A stretch of DNA of 64,000 nt from Holophagales bacterium (GTDB lineage: Bacteria; Acidobacteriota; Thermoanaerobaculia; Multivoradales; JAGPDF01), in contig CP064972.1 in assembly GCA_016699405.1 (NCBI GenBank), positions 4,172,130 through 4,236,129 of the forward strand. The letters are read 5' to 3'. Below the pieces are notes generated by a model. It did no database searches. It saw only the letters and a list, made by a program, of their open reading frames with translations, and had not been told where the DNA came from. Positions 1 through 11,700 of the stretch are shown here, piece after piece; position 1 is the stretch's first letter, and the number at the start of each line of letters is the position of its first letter. The translations under genes were made by a program, and so were the position numbers.

Positions 1-665
1 AGCTGCCGTGGGGGGCGTGGGGAGCCTACGAGCTCCGCACCGCGCGACCGCCGCGCGAGCTCGACGGCTACCAGCCGCTCTGGGTCGACCGCGAACAGCT
101 CGAGCGGGCGCGGGTCGCGAACGGACGGATCCGCATCGGCGATCTCACCTTCCGACAGCTCTATCTCGACGTGGAGTACCTCGACCGCAACGCGCTCGCG
201 GCGATCGTGCGCCTGGCGAAGGCCGGCGCTCGCGTGACGCTCAAGCGCCACCCGCAGGAGCCCGGGCTCCGCCCCGCCGGCGACTACGCGTCGCTGCTCG
301 CCGAGCTCGCGGCGCAGCCCGGCGTCTCGTCCCGGCTCACGATCTCCGCGCCCCTGGTCGAAGGCGAAGGCCTCCCCGACTTCTGGGCCCGCGACGTCGA
401 CGGCGAGCTGCTGATCTTCTTCGCCCAGCCGCTGGCGCAGCACCTGACGCTGCCGCTGCGCTACGGACAGTCGCGGATGACCTCACCGCTCGAGCGCACC
501 GTCCGCATCCGCGCCAACGGCAGGTCGAGCGTCGTCCGGTTGGAATTCCAGCCGTACCAGTCGCTCCTGCTGAAGGTCGACCGCCGAGGAAGGGTCCGCT
601 TCGTCGACATCACCTTCGTACCCAAGTCGCCGCGAAGCGAAGCCGCCGCCGTGTCCCACCCGTAG
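1..665 (+). CDS. hypothetical protein, C-terminal portion (5' end lies upstream of window)
   Basis: Frame-3 ORF is open from the window edge to the stop at 663-665. Its amino-acid composition is balanced (…LPLRYGQSRMTSPLERTVRIRANGRSSVVRLEFQPYQ…), whereas the overlapping frame-2 ORF (8..680) is an R/A/P-rich artefact. Confidence 0.45.
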   Translation, partial: LPWGAWGAYELRTARPPRELDGYQPLWVDREQLERARVANGRIRIGDLTFRQLYLDVEYLDRNALAAIVRLAKAGARVTLKRHPQEPGLRPAGDYASLLAELAAQPGVSSRLTISAPLVEGEGLPDFWARDVDGELLIFFAQPLAQHLTLPLRYGQSRMTSPLERTVRIRANGRSSVVRLEFQPYQSLLLKVDRRGRVRFVDITFVPKSPRSEAAAVSHP

Positions 666-682
666 CCGGTAGCATCGGCACG

Positions 683-3241
683 ATGCCCCCGCTCGCCCCC
701 TTGCCGATCGACGAGGCGCTGCCGGCGCTGCTCGCCGCACTCGGCGGTGCACCGAACGCGGTGCTCCGCGCCCCGGCGGGGGCAGGCAAGACGACGCGGG
801 TGCCGCCGGCACTGCTCGAGGCGGGCCTCGTCGAAGGCCGATTGGTGATGCTCGAGCCGCGGCGCATCGCCGCCCGCGCCGCGGCGCGACGGATCGCCGA
901 CGAGCGCGGCTGGGAGGTCGGCCGCGAGGTCGGCTACCAGGTGCGTTTCGAACGGCGTGCCGGCCGCGACACCCGGCTGCTCGTCGTCACCGAAGGGATC
1001 CTCGTGCAGATGCTGCAAACCGACCCGTTCCTCGACGGGATCGGCGCGCTCGTCTTCGACGAAGTCCACGAGCGGTCGCTGTTCACCGACCTGGCCCTCG
1101 CCATAGCGCGGCGAGTGCAATGCGACGCCCGACCCGATCTGCGCCTGCTCGCCATGTCGGCCACGCTCGAGGCCGCACCGCTCGCCGCCTTTCTCGGCGA
1201 CTGTCCGGTCGTCGAGAGCACCGGCCGGCTCTTTCCGGTCGCCATCGACTACCTCGCACGACCCGACGAGCGACCTCTCGCGGCCCAGGTCGCCGGAGCG
1301 GTCCGACGCACCCTCGACGACCTCGACGGCGACCTGCTCGTCTTCCTGCCCGGTGTGGGCGAGATCCGTGCCGCCGAGGAGGCGCTCGCGCCGCTCGCCC
1401 TCGAACGGAACCTGGCGCTCGCACCGCTCTTCGGCGACCTTCCGGCCGAGCAGCAGGATGCGGCGCTGCGACCGCAGCGGCGCCGGCGGGTCGTCCTGGC
1501 GACCAACGTCGCGGAGAGCTCGGTGACCGTCGACGGGGTGCGGGCAGTCGTCGACTCCGGGCTGGCGCGGACGCTGCGCTACGACGCCGGGGTCGGCCTC
1601 GACCGGCTCGAGCTCGGCCGAGTGAGCCGTGCTGCCGCCGACCAGCGTGCCGGACGAGCCGGCCGGCAGGCGGCGGGCCGCTGCCTGCGGCTCTGGACCG
1701 AGAACGAACAGCGCGCACTGCTCGCCTTCGAACGACCGGAGATCGCCCGCGTCGATCTCGCCTGGCCGGCGCTCCAGCTCCTCACCTGGGGAGAACGGGA
1801 CCTCACGAGCTTCGGCTGGCTCGAGCCCCCCGACCCGGCCGCTCTCGCCCGGGCGCTCGACCTTCTCGCCGCCCTCGGGGCACTCGCTGACGGACACGTC
1901 ACGCCGCTCGGTCGGTCGATCGCCCGCCTGCCCCTGCACCCGCGACTCGCCCGGCTCCTGCTCGCCGGCCGAGCCCGCGGCGCGCTGCACGAGACGGCGA
2001 TCGCCGCGGCGCTGCTCGCCGAGCGCGACCCGTTCCGCGCGGAACGATCGCCGGGGCGCCGGCCCGATCTCGGCTCCCGGCGCACGGCGAGTCGTTCCGA
2101 TCTCGTCGACCGGGTCGAAGCGCTCGAGGCCTTCTCCCGCCGGCAGCGGACGAGCGACGAGTTGACGATCCAGGCCGGCGCGGCGCGGCAGGTCCTTCGC
2201 GCCGCAGAGCAGCTCGAATCCCTGGCCCGTCGCCAGGCCGACCTCGGTCCCCCCGAGGGGGACCCCTCGAGCAGCCCCGAAGAGGCGCTGCTCACCACGC
2301 TCGTCGAGGCCTATCCCGACCGGGTCGCCCGCCGACGCGAGCCCGGGAGTCCGCGGGCGGTGATGGTGGGCGGCCGCGGCCTGCGGCTCGCGCCGACCTC
2401 GGCCGTCGTCGAGGAGGAGCTCTTCGTCGCCGTCGACCTCGACGCCGGACGCGAGGGGCCGCAGAGCGAGGCGCTGGTCCGTCTCGCATCGGCCGTACGG
2501 CCGGAGTGGCTGCCGGCCGCCCAGCTCTCCGAGCGCGACGAGCTCGAGTTCGACGACCTGCGGGAGCGGGTCACCTGCCGGCGTCGCCGGCGCTTCGCCG
2601 ACCTGCTCCTCGACGAGCGGGAGGTGCCGGTCCGCGACGCCGAGGCCGCGGCCGAGCTCCTGGCGCGCGCCGCCACCGCCGACCCGCGTCGGGCGCTCGC
2701 CGTCACCGATTCCACCGCCGACCTCCTCGTCCGCGTCGCCTGCCTGCGCGAATGGCGGGGCGAGCTCGCCCTGCCCGCCTTCGACGACGCCGCGCTCGCC
2801 ACACTGCTGCCGGCCCTCTGCACCGGGCGACGCTCCTTCGCCGAGTTGCGGGCGCTCCCCCTGGCGGACATCCTGCTCGGGACGCTCACCCATGCCCAGC
2901 GTGAGGCGCTGACACGCGAAGCACCCGAGCGGATCGTCGTGCCGAGCGGCAGCGCCATCCGCCTGCGCTACGAGGTGGGGCGCCCTCCGGTGCTCGCCGC
3001 CCGCATCCAGGAGCTCTTCGGCCTCGCCGAGACGCCGCGCGTCGCCGGTGGGCGGGTGCCCGTGCTGCTCCACCTGCTCGCACCGAACTTCCGCCCGCAA
3101 CAGGTCACCGACGACCTGGCGAGCTTCTGGCGCACGACCTACCGCGAGGTCCGCCGCGAGCTCGCCGGTCGCTATCCGAAACACGCCTGGCCCGACGACC
3201 CGCTCGCTGTCGAGCCGCTGCGCGGTGCTCGTCGCCGCTGA
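683..3241 (+). CDS. hrpB: ATP-dependent RNA helicase HrpB (DEAH-box)
   Basis: Walker A APAGAGKTT, DEVHER (DEAH) motif, HA2 and C-terminal HrpB-type region (…LHLLAPNFRPQQVTDDLASFWRTTY…). About 850 aa. The upstream part of track ORF 8..3241 is a spurious N-terminal extension. Confidence 0.88.
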   Translation: MPPLAPLPIDEALPALLAALGGAPNAVLRAPAGAGKTTRVPPALLEAGLVEGRLVMLEPRRIAARAAARRIADERGWEVGREVGYQVRFERRAGRDTRLLVVTEGILVQMLQTDPFLDGIGALVFDEVHERSLFTDLALAIARRVQCDARPDLRLLAMSATLEAAPLAAFLGDCPVVESTGRLFPVAIDYLARPDERPLAAQVAGAVRRTLDDLDGDLLVFLPGVGEIRAAEEALAPLALERNLALAPLFGDLPAEQQDAALRPQRRRRVVLATNVAESSVTVDGVRAVVDSGLARTLRYDAGVGLDRLELGRVSRAAADQRAGRAGRQAAGRCLRLWTENEQRALLAFERPEIARVDLAWPALQLLTWGERDLTSFGWLEPPDPAALARALDLLAALGALADGHVTPLGRSIARLPLHPRLARLLLAGRARGALHETAIAAALLAERDPFRAERSPGRRPDLGSRRTASRSDLVDRVEALEAFSRRQRTSDELTIQAGAARQVLRAAEQLESLARRQADLGPPEGDPSSSPEEALLTTLVEAYPDRVARRREPGSPRAVMVGGRGLRLAPTSAVVEEELFVAVDLDAGREGPQSEALVRLASAVRPEWLPAAQLSERDELEFDDLRERVTCRRRRRFADLLLDEREVPVRDAEAAAELLARAATADPRRALAVTDSTADLLVRVACLREWRGELALPAFDDAALATLLPALCTGRRSFAELRALPLADILLGTLTHAQREALTREAPERIVVPSGSAIRLRYEVGRPPVLAARIQELFGLAETPRVAGGRVPVLLHLLAPNFRPQQVTDDLASFWRTTYREVRRELAGRYPKHAWPDDPLAVEPLRGARRR

Positions 3242-3376
3242 GACGACCGCACTACGCCTCGCGCCCGACGCGACGAAGCGCGCAAAAAGAGGCCTTCGCG
3301 CCGCTGCGACGACCCTGGCGCCGCATAGAATCCGTACCATCTCTTGGACAGTGCCCGAAGCGGGCAGGAGCGCGAC

Positions 3377-6300
3377 ATGTCGACCGATCTCGAGTGTGCT
3401 CTGTTGCGGACGAGAAGTGGCTGCGGCGCGGGGCGTCTCGCTCGCCTGACGCTGTTCGCCCTGACCTCCTGGCTCGCCGGAGGCATCGCCGCCGCACAGC
3501 CCGGCTCGCCCCCCACGGCGACACCTGCCGCTCCGCCGCATCTCGCCCAGGAGAAGCTCCCAGCCGCCGGTCGCCAGGCAACCGAGCTCGTCGTCGGCGA
3601 ATTCGGCCGCTATTCGATCCGTCTCGAGAGCAAGCAGGGCGTCGCCCTCCAGCTCGTCGACCGGATGAGCGGTCCCGGTGAGCTCACCGGCGAGACCGGC
3701 AAGCGCGACGGCCGCCTCGACCTCTTCCTCGATCGCGGCGCCGTGCGCCTGCTCACCTTCGGTCCGAAGCTCGGTCGCGGGGACGTGCGGATCGCCGTCT
3801 CCGGCTTTCGCGAGATCCACGCCCCCGAAGCGCCGCGTCTCCCAGAGCTGCGCCTGGTCACCGACGAGCTCGGCGACCTCGAGCAGGCCTCCTGGTGGAT
3901 CGAGCTGCCCGAACGCAAACAGGTGGTCCTCGAGGCGGCCGGGCGCTACCTCGCCGACCTGCGCCTCTGGCAGGGCGGCGCCTGGCTCGTCGACGCTCCG
4001 CCCGAGCACTCGCAGATCGAGCCGGTTGCCGGCCGCCCGCTGCACCTCTGCCGCCTGACGGCCGACCTCGAGCCCGGCCTCTATCGGCTCGTCGCCTACG
4101 GCGGCACGGAGACCGCCTGGGCGCGCGGCGGTCGCGAGAAGCCGCTCCTCCTGCGCTACGGCATCCCACGTCGCGGCGAGGCCGGACGCGAACGGATGAG
4201 CGTCGGGCCGTTCGGCTACGAACGCTTCCTGCTGCCCGGCAGCGCGACGCTCGCCCAGCTCGAGCTGCCGGAGGCCGGGAGCGCCACGCTCGAGCTCGCC
4301 GACTTCGACCCGGCACGGCCGTTCGAGGCCTGGGGACAGACCGGCGAGATCACCCCCGAGTCCGTGCCGCCGCTCGCGCAGCTCACCCGCGAGTCGACCG
4401 ACGGCAACGCGCTGCTGACCGTGCGCGGCGCGGTCGGTCAGGCCTACACCCTGCAACACTTCCGCGCCGAACGGCAGGTGGAGCTCACCGGGGACGGCGA
4501 CTTCTGGGTCGGCACCGTTCATTCCGGAACGGCGACCGACTCGATCGACGCCTCCGCCGTGATCTTCGAACGCGGCGCCAAGCGGACGAGCGCACTCGCC
4601 GGCTCGATGCCGGTGCTCTCGTCCAGCCAGGGTTGGGCCCGCCGCTTCAACCTGCTCGCCGAGGCGACGCTCTTCCTGCAGGTCGCCGAGCGCGCCGTGT
4701 ACGCGCTCGATCTCAACGGCGCGGCGCAAGTGCGCCTCGAGCCGCTGCTGCTCTCCGCGCCGGACGGCTATCAGGTGCCGCCGCTGCGCACCGCGCCGAC
4801 CACCTGGACGCTCGACAAGGGCCTCTACGTCCTGACCCTCGTGCCGACCGAGGCAGGAATCGTCGACGTCGCCATGCGTCGCAAGGGGTTGCTCGACCCG
4901 ATGTTCGACTGGGTCGGCCTGCACCAGGAGCCGCCGGCGACGGCGGCGCTCGGCGCGGCGCAGATGACGGCCATCCGGCTGTCCCGCAAGCTCGACTACA
5001 CCCTGCTGGTCGCCACCCAGCCCGGAGTCGACGTGGGACCGGTCGTGCGCAAGCTGCCGCTCGATCTCACCGAGCCGCTGCCCTTGTCGCTCGTGCCTGG
5101 GCAGGAGATCGAGGTGCCATTCCGTGCCACCTCGCGTGGCCGACTCACCGCACCCGCCGAGGACGGCACCGCGCTCGAGGTGGCGGTCGACGGCGCGGCA
5201 TTCGCCGGCATGGCGACCGTCGAGCCCGGAACCCATCGCGTCCGCGTTCGCTCCCGGGCCACCGACACGCTCGCCGCGTCGCTGGCGCTCGTGTCCGAGG
5301 AACAGGCGTCCGACACCCCGATGCCGCGACTCGACCCGGCCGCGCTCGCCGCACTCCCGGCCTTCACCACCCTCACCGAGCCGGCGCCGGCGGCCTTCGA
5401 CCTGGCGCGCGGCGAGAGCCGCACGATGCTGGTCGAGGCGGCGTCGCCTGCCCTCTACACGCTCGAGACCACCGGACTGCTCGCCACTTCGGGCGCCGTC
5501 CGCACACGGGTCCAGCCGCGCCTAGCGAGCGAGGAGAAGAACGGCAGCGGACGCAACGTCTCGCTGCGCTCCTATCTGCGCGAGGGCAGCTATCAGTTCA
5601 CCGTACGAGCGCTCGGCGAATCGGCGGGGCATCTCGGTGCCCGGCTGCGTCGCGCCGAGGTACGCGAAGGGGGACGGCTCGTCGACGGCATCGCCGCTCG
5701 CACCGAGCTTCCGGCCGGCGAGTCGATCGCTTACCGCTTCCGCGTCGATCGCGAGGGCGACTACCACCTCCACGCCGTGCGACTCGGCGGACATCTCGAC
5801 GTCCGGCTCGAGGACGACCAGGGCTTCCCCCCGGCGGCTCCGGTGATGTCCGGCGACTCGACGGTCCATCTCCTGCCGGGCGACTATCGCCTCTTCGTCC
5901 TGCCCCAGGCGGTGCCGACTCGCGCGGTCACGGTCGTCGAGCGCCGGGTCGAGGCGGTCGAACGGAGCGGACACGGCCCGTTCGAGCTCGCCCTGACGCG
6001 CGAAGACGGCAACCTCTGGCTCGAACCCGAGCAGGAGTCGTCGCCGCGCGATCCCGACCGCTGGCGCTTCACGCTGCCGGCAACCACCGGCGTGAAGATC
6101 TCGCTCGACGCCGAGATGGAAGGCGACCTCCGGCGCCTCGACCGCGCACCGGCGACCGGCGAACGCCTCGCCTTCGTCGCGCCGGGTCGCGGCTTCGCCG
6201 GCGAGCTCGCCGCCGGCCGCTACGAGCTCGCGGTTCGTTGCTCGCGACGCAACAGCCAGGTGCGCTACCGGCTGAGCGTCGCTCCGGACGCACTCGTCGA

Positions 6301-8770
6301 CGGTCTCTCGCGCCTGATCACCGCGCCGGCCGTCCTGCCGGTCGCGGTCGGCGAGGAGGGTCTCGTCGAGCTCGCCTCGTTCGGCGGCGCCGACGTGCGC
6401 GCCCGCCTGGTCGACGCCAACGACGAGCTCCTGGCGAGCGGCGACGACCGGCCGGGAGACTGGAACTTCGTCGTCGCCCGCAAGCTCGCGCCCGGCAACT
6501 ACCGCCTGCGCGTCGACCCGGTCGGTTCGGCGACCGCCGACACGACCGTCTCGATGCGCATGCCGCACGAGCGCGACGCCGAGACCTGGAAGCTCCCCGA
6601 GCCGCTGAAGATCGACCTCGCCGACGAGGCGGTGCGCATTCCGCTGCGACTCGGCAACGATGCCGACCTGCTGGCAATCGTGGCCGTCGCCGCCGAGCCG
6701 CTCGGTCTCGAGCTCGAGCAGCGCCAGTCTGGTGCCTGGCGGCTCCTCTCGAGCGCCGAAGGCACGACGCCGCGCCTGCTCCTGCCACTCGCCTCCGGCA
6801 GCCGACCGGAGCTCCGGCTCCGCCTGCGCTCCCTCGACCGTCGACCCGGCAGCGTCCGCCTCGCCGCCTTCGCCGGCCGCGCCCCACGCGCCAACGAGAA
6901 GACCCTGGCATCGGGTCTCGACTTGCCGCGCCTTCCCGGACTGCTCCCACCGGTCGCCGCCGCCGCGGTGACGCTCGACCGACCGGGATGCCTCGCCCTG
7001 GAGGCCGCACCGGAGGAGCTCCTGCACTCGCGGCGCGCCGGTGAGCCGCTCGCCGCACAGCCGGGCGCCCTCGTCGCCGACGGAACGCTCCTCTGGCTCG
7101 CCGCGCCGGCGGAATCCGCGGGTGCGATCCGGGTCACCGCGCGTCGCGCCGCGATCGGCCGCGAGGCGCTTTCGCTGCGGCTCGCCGCCGGCGAGCAGGT
7201 GCGCTGCGACCTCGCGCCCTCGAAGGGTCTCTCCTTCGTCGAGGCGCAGGCGCTCGCCGGCGAGCCGCTCGTCGCCGCACCGAGCGACGGTCAGCCGCCG
7301 GCGTTCGAGCGCGTCACGCTGACCGGCCGGCACCGGGCGTCCACCCTGGCCCGCTCCGGCAGTCACAGCGTGGTCGCGAGAAACGCCGGCAACACACCGA
7401 TCGAGCTGCGTCTCACCGCCGTGGCGCTCTCCTCGGCGCCAGCGCGGCCGTCGACTTCGCCCGGCGCCCACGAGCTCCGTCTCGCGGCTCGCAGCCTGCA
7501 GACGATCCCGCTCGGCAGTGCGGCGAAGTCGGTCCGTCTTGCGCTCGGCGAGGGCGCGGCGGCCTGGATCGGCAGCGAGAACGCTCCGGAGGCCTTCGGA
7601 TGGGCGTCCGACGAGACCGGGGAGGTGAGTCTCGCGACGACCGCACCGGCCCTCGTCCTGGTCAACCCGACCGAGGTCGAGATCGCCGCCCGGCTCGACC
7701 TGCGCGCGCCCGACCCGGACGACGCGAGCGTCGCGATCGGCCCCGGCGCTCGACTCGAACGGCGATTCCGTCGCGGCGGCGGCCTGCAGCTCCCCGTCCA
7801 GGCCGGAAGCGGTGCGGCCCGTCTCCACCTGCGCGGCGCCGAGGCGGTGCTGATCGGCGCCGACGGCTCGGTCGCCCGGGGTCACGAGCTGGCGCTGCCG
7901 GCCGGCGGCGGGACACTGCGGATCGAGCATCCGCCCGGACTGATGACGCTCTGGGTCGAGGGCAAGGACCACACCCTCGCCAGCTATGGATTCGCCGCCA
8001 GCGCTCCCCAGCAGGCGGCTCCGCCGCTGACCCTGGAGCTCGACGGCGCGGCCCGGCTCGTCGAGCTCCAGGTGGCGACCCCCGCCCTGCTGTCGCTGCG
8101 CTCGGCCTCGCCGCTCGCCGTCGCGCTGCTCGACGAGCACGGCGAGGTCCGACGCTTCGTGCCGTTCGAGCGGGAGGTCGCCTTCGATGCGCCTCTGGCT
8201 CCCGGCACGACACGTTTCGTCGTCCGGGCGCTCGCCGGCGAGCCGCTCACCGGACGACTCGAGGTCTCGCTCGGCGAGCTCGCGCCGCTCGGCGAAGGGC
8301 TCGGTGCGGCGACTCTCCTCGCCCCGGGCGAGGCCCGTGGCTATCGCTTCCAGGTCGAGCGTCAGGGACCTGTCGGTGTCGGCGCCCACGCGGATGCGGG
8401 GAACGTCGAGACGGTGGTCTTCGACTCGACGGGGACGCCGCTCGGCCGCGGCGTGGTGCAGTGGCTGGAGCTTTCGCCCGGCCCGTACACGATGGCGCTC
8501 GTCGGTCCGGCGGAGGCGAGCCCGGCGCTCGCCCGGCCGGCGCTCGTCGGCATCTCCAAGCCCGGGGAGGGACCGCCGGGCGATGTCGTCCGCAAGCTCC
8601 TCGAGCTCGACCGCGGCGGCCCGCCACCGGAGGGTCGTGGGGTGACCGGAGAGGAGGACGTGGCGTTCCCGTTCGGCCGCAACGCCAACCGTGAGATGGA
8701 ACAGGAACAGGAAGGCGAGACGGACGAGCCGTCCGCAGACGAGTCCGACGAGAGCGGAGGTGACCGATGA
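3377..8770 (+). CDS. large secreted repeat protein built from pre-peptidase-C-terminal-like β-sandwich repeats; function unknown
   Basis: ATG at 3377 is preceded by GGAG. N-terminal signal peptide (RLARLTLFALTSWLAGGIAAAQP). At least 10 degenerate repeats with the pattern D..(W/Y)RF.L…G.Y.L.V…, for example DPDRWRFTLPATTGVKISLD…GRYELAVRCS and GDYHLHAVRLGGHLDVRLEDD. Acidic C-terminal tail. The stop overlaps the next gene's start (ATGA at 8767-8770). Confidence 0.7.
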   Translation: MSTDLECALLRTRSGCGAGRLARLTLFALTSWLAGGIAAAQPGSPPTATPAAPPHLAQEKLPAAGRQATELVVGEFGRYSIRLESKQGVALQLVDRMSGPGELTGETGKRDGRLDLFLDRGAVRLLTFGPKLGRGDVRIAVSGFREIHAPEAPRLPELRLVTDELGDLEQASWWIELPERKQVVLEAAGRYLADLRLWQGGAWLVDAPPEHSQIEPVAGRPLHLCRLTADLEPGLYRLVAYGGTETAWARGGREKPLLLRYGIPRRGEAGRERMSVGPFGYERFLLPGSATLAQLELPEAGSATLELADFDPARPFEAWGQTGEITPESVPPLAQLTRESTDGNALLTVRGAVGQAYTLQHFRAERQVELTGDGDFWVGTVHSGTATDSIDASAVIFERGAKRTSALAGSMPVLSSSQGWARRFNLLAEATLFLQVAERAVYALDLNGAAQVRLEPLLLSAPDGYQVPPLRTAPTTWTLDKGLYVLTLVPTEAGIVDVAMRRKGLLDPMFDWVGLHQEPPATAALGAAQMTAIRLSRKLDYTLLVATQPGVDVGPVVRKLPLDLTEPLPLSLVPGQEIEVPFRATSRGRLTAPAEDGTALEVAVDGAAFAGMATVEPGTHRVRVRSRATDTLAASLALVSEEQASDTPMPRLDPAALAALPAFTTLTEPAPAAFDLARGESRTMLVEAASPALYTLETTGLLATSGAVRTRVQPRLASEEKNGSGRNVSLRSYLREGSYQFTVRALGESAGHLGARLRRAEVREGGRLVDGIAARTELPAGESIAYRFRVDREGDYHLHAVRLGGHLDVRLEDDQGFPPAAPVMSGDSTVHLLPGDYRLFVLPQAVPTRAVTVVERRVEAVERSGHGPFELALTREDGNLWLEPEQESSPRDPDRWRFTLPATTGVKISLDAEMEGDLRRLDRAPATGERLAFVAPGRGFAGELAAGRYELAVRCSRRNSQVRYRLSVAPDALVDGLSRLITAPAVLPVAVGEEGLVELASFGGADVRARLVDANDELLASGDDRPGDWNFVVARKLAPGNYRLRVDPVGSATADTTVSMRMPHERDAETWKLPEPLKIDLADEAVRIPLRLGNDADLLAIVAVAAEPLGLELEQRQSGAWRLLSSAEGTTPRLLLPLASGSRPELRLRLRSLDRRPGSVRLAAFAGRAPRANEKTLASGLDLPRLPGLLPPVAAAAVTLDRPGCLALEAAPEELLHSRRAGEPLAAQPGALVADGTLLWLAAPAESAGAIRVTARRAAIGREALSLRLAAGEQVRCDLAPSKGLSFVEAQALAGEPLVAAPSDGQPPAFERVTLTGRHRASTLARSGSHSVVARNAGNTPIELRLTAVALSSAPARPSTSPGAHELRLAARSLQTIPLGSAAKSVRLALGEGAAAWIGSENAPEAFGWASDETGEVSLATTAPALVLVNPTEVEIAARLDLRAPDPDDASVAIGPGARLERRFRRGGGLQLPVQAGSGAARLHLRGAEAVLIGADGSVARGHELALPAGGGTLRIEHPPGLMTLWVEGKDHTLASYGFAASAPQQAAPPLTLELDGAARLVELQVATPALLSLRSASPLAVALLDEHGEVRRFVPFEREVAFDAPLAPGTTRFVVRALAGEPLTGRLEVSLGELAPLGEGLGAATLLAPGEARGYRFQVERQGPVGVGAHADAGNVETVVFDSTGTPLGRGVVQWLELSPGPYTMALVGPAEASPALARPALVGISKPGEGPPGDVVRKLLELDRGGPPPEGRGVTGEEDVAFPFGRNANREMEQEQEGETDEPSADESDESGGDR

Positions 8771-11700
8771 ACGCCGAGACCTCGATCCACCCCGTTGACC
8801 GCGCGAGCGTCGCCGGTCCCTGGCGCGGAGCGACGTCGCGGCGCTCCGCCCGCGTCGCCCTCCTCGCTGCCGCGCTGGTGCTTACCAGCGGCCCGTGGCT
8901 CCAGGCCGCCGAATCCCCTGCGACGCCGCCGACGCGCCCGGCCCGTCCTGCGGCGTCCACCGGATCGACCGTCGTCGTGCCGGACCGCTTCCTGCGTCGG
9001 TGGGATCCGCTGACGGTCTTCTTCGCCGCCGATCTCGGCCCCTCGTCCGGCGGCCCCGAGGATCATCCCGAGCGCGTCGTGTCGATCACGCCGGCGCAGC
9101 CCGGCGCCTTCACCTGGCTCGACGCCCGCACCCTCCAGTTCCAACCCGCCGAGCCGTGGCCGGCGCTCGCCCGCGTCACCGTCAAGGCGGCGGAGGGGAC
9201 GTTCCGCCTGTCGACGCTGCTGTCGCCGCCGATCGCCTCGCAGCCCAGCGCCGGCGCGGAGGGTCTCGCGCCGGTCGACGAGATCGCGCTGACCTTCTCC
9301 GAGCCGCTCCCCGACGAAGCGCTGGCCCGCGCCCTCGCCATCGAGATCCGACCGCTCCCCGGCTTCGGTGAGGGCGGCGCTCGTGCTCTGGCGCGCGACG
9401 ACTTCGCCGTCAAGCGGCTGGAGCGCGGCAAGCCCTCGGATCCGGCAACCTACGTCCTGTCGCTGCGCCAGCCGATCGCCCTCGGCCAGCGCGTCACCGT
9501 GCGCTTCCGGCTCTCGCTCGACGAAGCGCCGGACAAGACCTTCGCCGAGCTCGTCTTCGCCACCGCCGAACCGTTCCGCGCCCTGCGTTTCGGCTGCCGG
9601 ATCGCCCAACTCCCGGTCGTCCCCGGCGGGGCGCGCTACACCGCCGAGCAGGCTCTCGCCTGTGAGGACGGCGACCCGGCGGTGGTCGTCGACTTCTCCG
9701 CCCTGCCGCGCGAGCTCGGTCCCGTGGCGGCACGCAATCTGGTGCGCCTCTCCCCCACCGTGCCGAACCTCGAGGCCAAGCTCTCGGGCAAGCGGCTCGA
9801 GCTGCGCGGCGACTTCGCGCGCGAAACCGCCTATCGCGTGTCGCTCGCGCCGACGCCGCTCACCGACGAGCGAGGCCGCAAGCTCGACCTGCAGGGACCC
9901 AACGAGCTCACCCTCGCCTTCCCGCGCGCTCCCTCCTATCTCCGATTGGCCTCGGGCTTCGGACTCGCCGAGCGGAACGGCCCGCAGATGATCCCGGTCA
10001 CCGGGCGCGGGGACGAGCGCGTCGACCTGCGCCTCCACCGCATCGAGCCGCTCGATCGCTCCTTCTGGCCGTTCGGCGACGTGCCCGTCGAGGTGGACGA
10101 GGGCGAGCGCCCGCCGGGACCGGGCGAGCGGCCCGAGCCGTGGAAGCGCGCCGACAGCGGTCCGCCGCAGGCCGAGCTGGCGCGGCGCATCGCCGCCCTC
10201 GGCTCGCCGCCGATCTCGGCGCTGGTCGACCTGCCGTTGCGTCGCGACGGAGGCACCGCGTCGTTCGGCCTCGACCTCGGGCCGCACCTCGCGCGGCTGG
10301 CTGGCGCCGGCGAGCCCGGCACCTATCTCGTCGGCCTGCGCCGCCTCGGCGCCTCGGAGAAGCGCTCCTGGATGCGCTTGCAGGTCTCCGATCTCGCGCT
10401 CACCACGCTCGAGGAGCCGCACCGCGTCGTCTTCGCCGTGACCTCGCTCGCCTCGGCGTTGCCGGTGGCCGGAGCCCAGGTGACCGTCGAAGGGACCGAG
10501 TGGGCAGGCAGCAAGGCGTCCTGGGTCGAGCTCTTCCGCGGCTCGACGGACGGCACGGGGCAGGTCGTCTGGACCGCCCCGGGACCGATGGAAGGGGGTC
10601 GCCGCAGCGTGCGGCGCATCGTCGTCAGTCGCGGCAACGACACTCTGGTGCTCGACCCCGAACAGGCGCCGGACGGCTTCGCCGACAACCGCTGGTCGCG
10701 CACCTACGGCGACTGGCTCGCCTGGACGCAGGAGTCGCTCGACGATCGTGGCGCCCACGCGGAGCGGCTCGCGCACCTCTTCACCGAGCGACCGGTCTAT
10801 CGCCCGGACGAACCGGTCCACGTCAAGGCGTTCCTGCGCACCCGCAGCGAGGGTCACCTCGAGCCGATCGCCGACGAGCTGCAGTTGGTGATCGAAGGAC
10901 CGGGCGATCTCGTCTGGCGCTATCGCGTCACGCCGAACGCGCTCGGCTCGGTCTACTGGAAGTTCGACGAGAAGGACCTGCCGACCGGCACCTACCGTGC
11001 CCACTTCGAGCCGCTCGACGGCGGCGAGGAGGTCTCCGGTGCCGTCGCGTTCCGCAAGGAGGCCTACCGTCTCCCGCGCTTCGAGGTGCGACTCGACGGA
11101 CCCGATCGCGCACCGCTCGATCGCGAGCTCGACGTCAAGCTCACCGCCACCTACTACGCCGGTGGCCGGGTCGCCGCGCGACCGATCGAATGGCGGGTCA
11201 CGCAGTTCCCCTACGATTGGTCGCCCAAGACGCGCCCGGGATTCCTCTTCTCGTCCGACTCGCGCTTCTCGCGCGAGAGCCGCTTCGAGTCGACCCCGGC
11301 GATCGAGCAGGCAGGGGTGACCGACGAAGACGGCGGCGCCAAGCTGACGATCAATCCGGCGATCGAACCGACCTCGCAGCCTCGCACCTACGTCGTCGAG
11401 GCGACGGTGGTCGATGCCGACGACATGACGGTCAGCGCCACGCGCCAGGTCGTCGCGCTTCCGCCGATCCTCCTGGGACTGAAGGTTCCGCGCTACGTCG
11501 AACGCGCCGGGACGCTGCGTCCGCAGATCCTCGTGCTCGGTCCGGACGACAAGCCGGTGGCCGGCCAGTCGGTGACGGTACGGCTCTCGCAACGGCGCTG
11601 GCACTCCTATCTGCGCGCCTCCGACTTCTCCGACGGCGTGGCGCGCTACATCACCGAAGTGGTCGACGAGAAGCTCTCGGAGTCCGTCGTCACCAGTGGC

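Noticed and set aside
8-680. N-terminal extension of the hrpB ORF (track ORF 8..3241 starts at 8)
   Set aside because: The upstream 220 codons are R/A/P-rich and overlap a better frame-3 ORF. The HrpB sequence only begins at Met-683.
461-5236. 1,591-aa minus-strand ORF, and similar giant ORFs (3895..7044 +, 8362..13254 -, 10140..12962 +, 26112..28652 -, 43051..45495 -, 44799..47120 -, 58088..61576 +)
   Set aside because: All are extremely Arg/Ala/Gly/Pro-rich. They lie antisense to, or frameshifted from, genes with clear family signatures. They are the long stop-free frames expected in roughly 70% GC DNA and are not coding.
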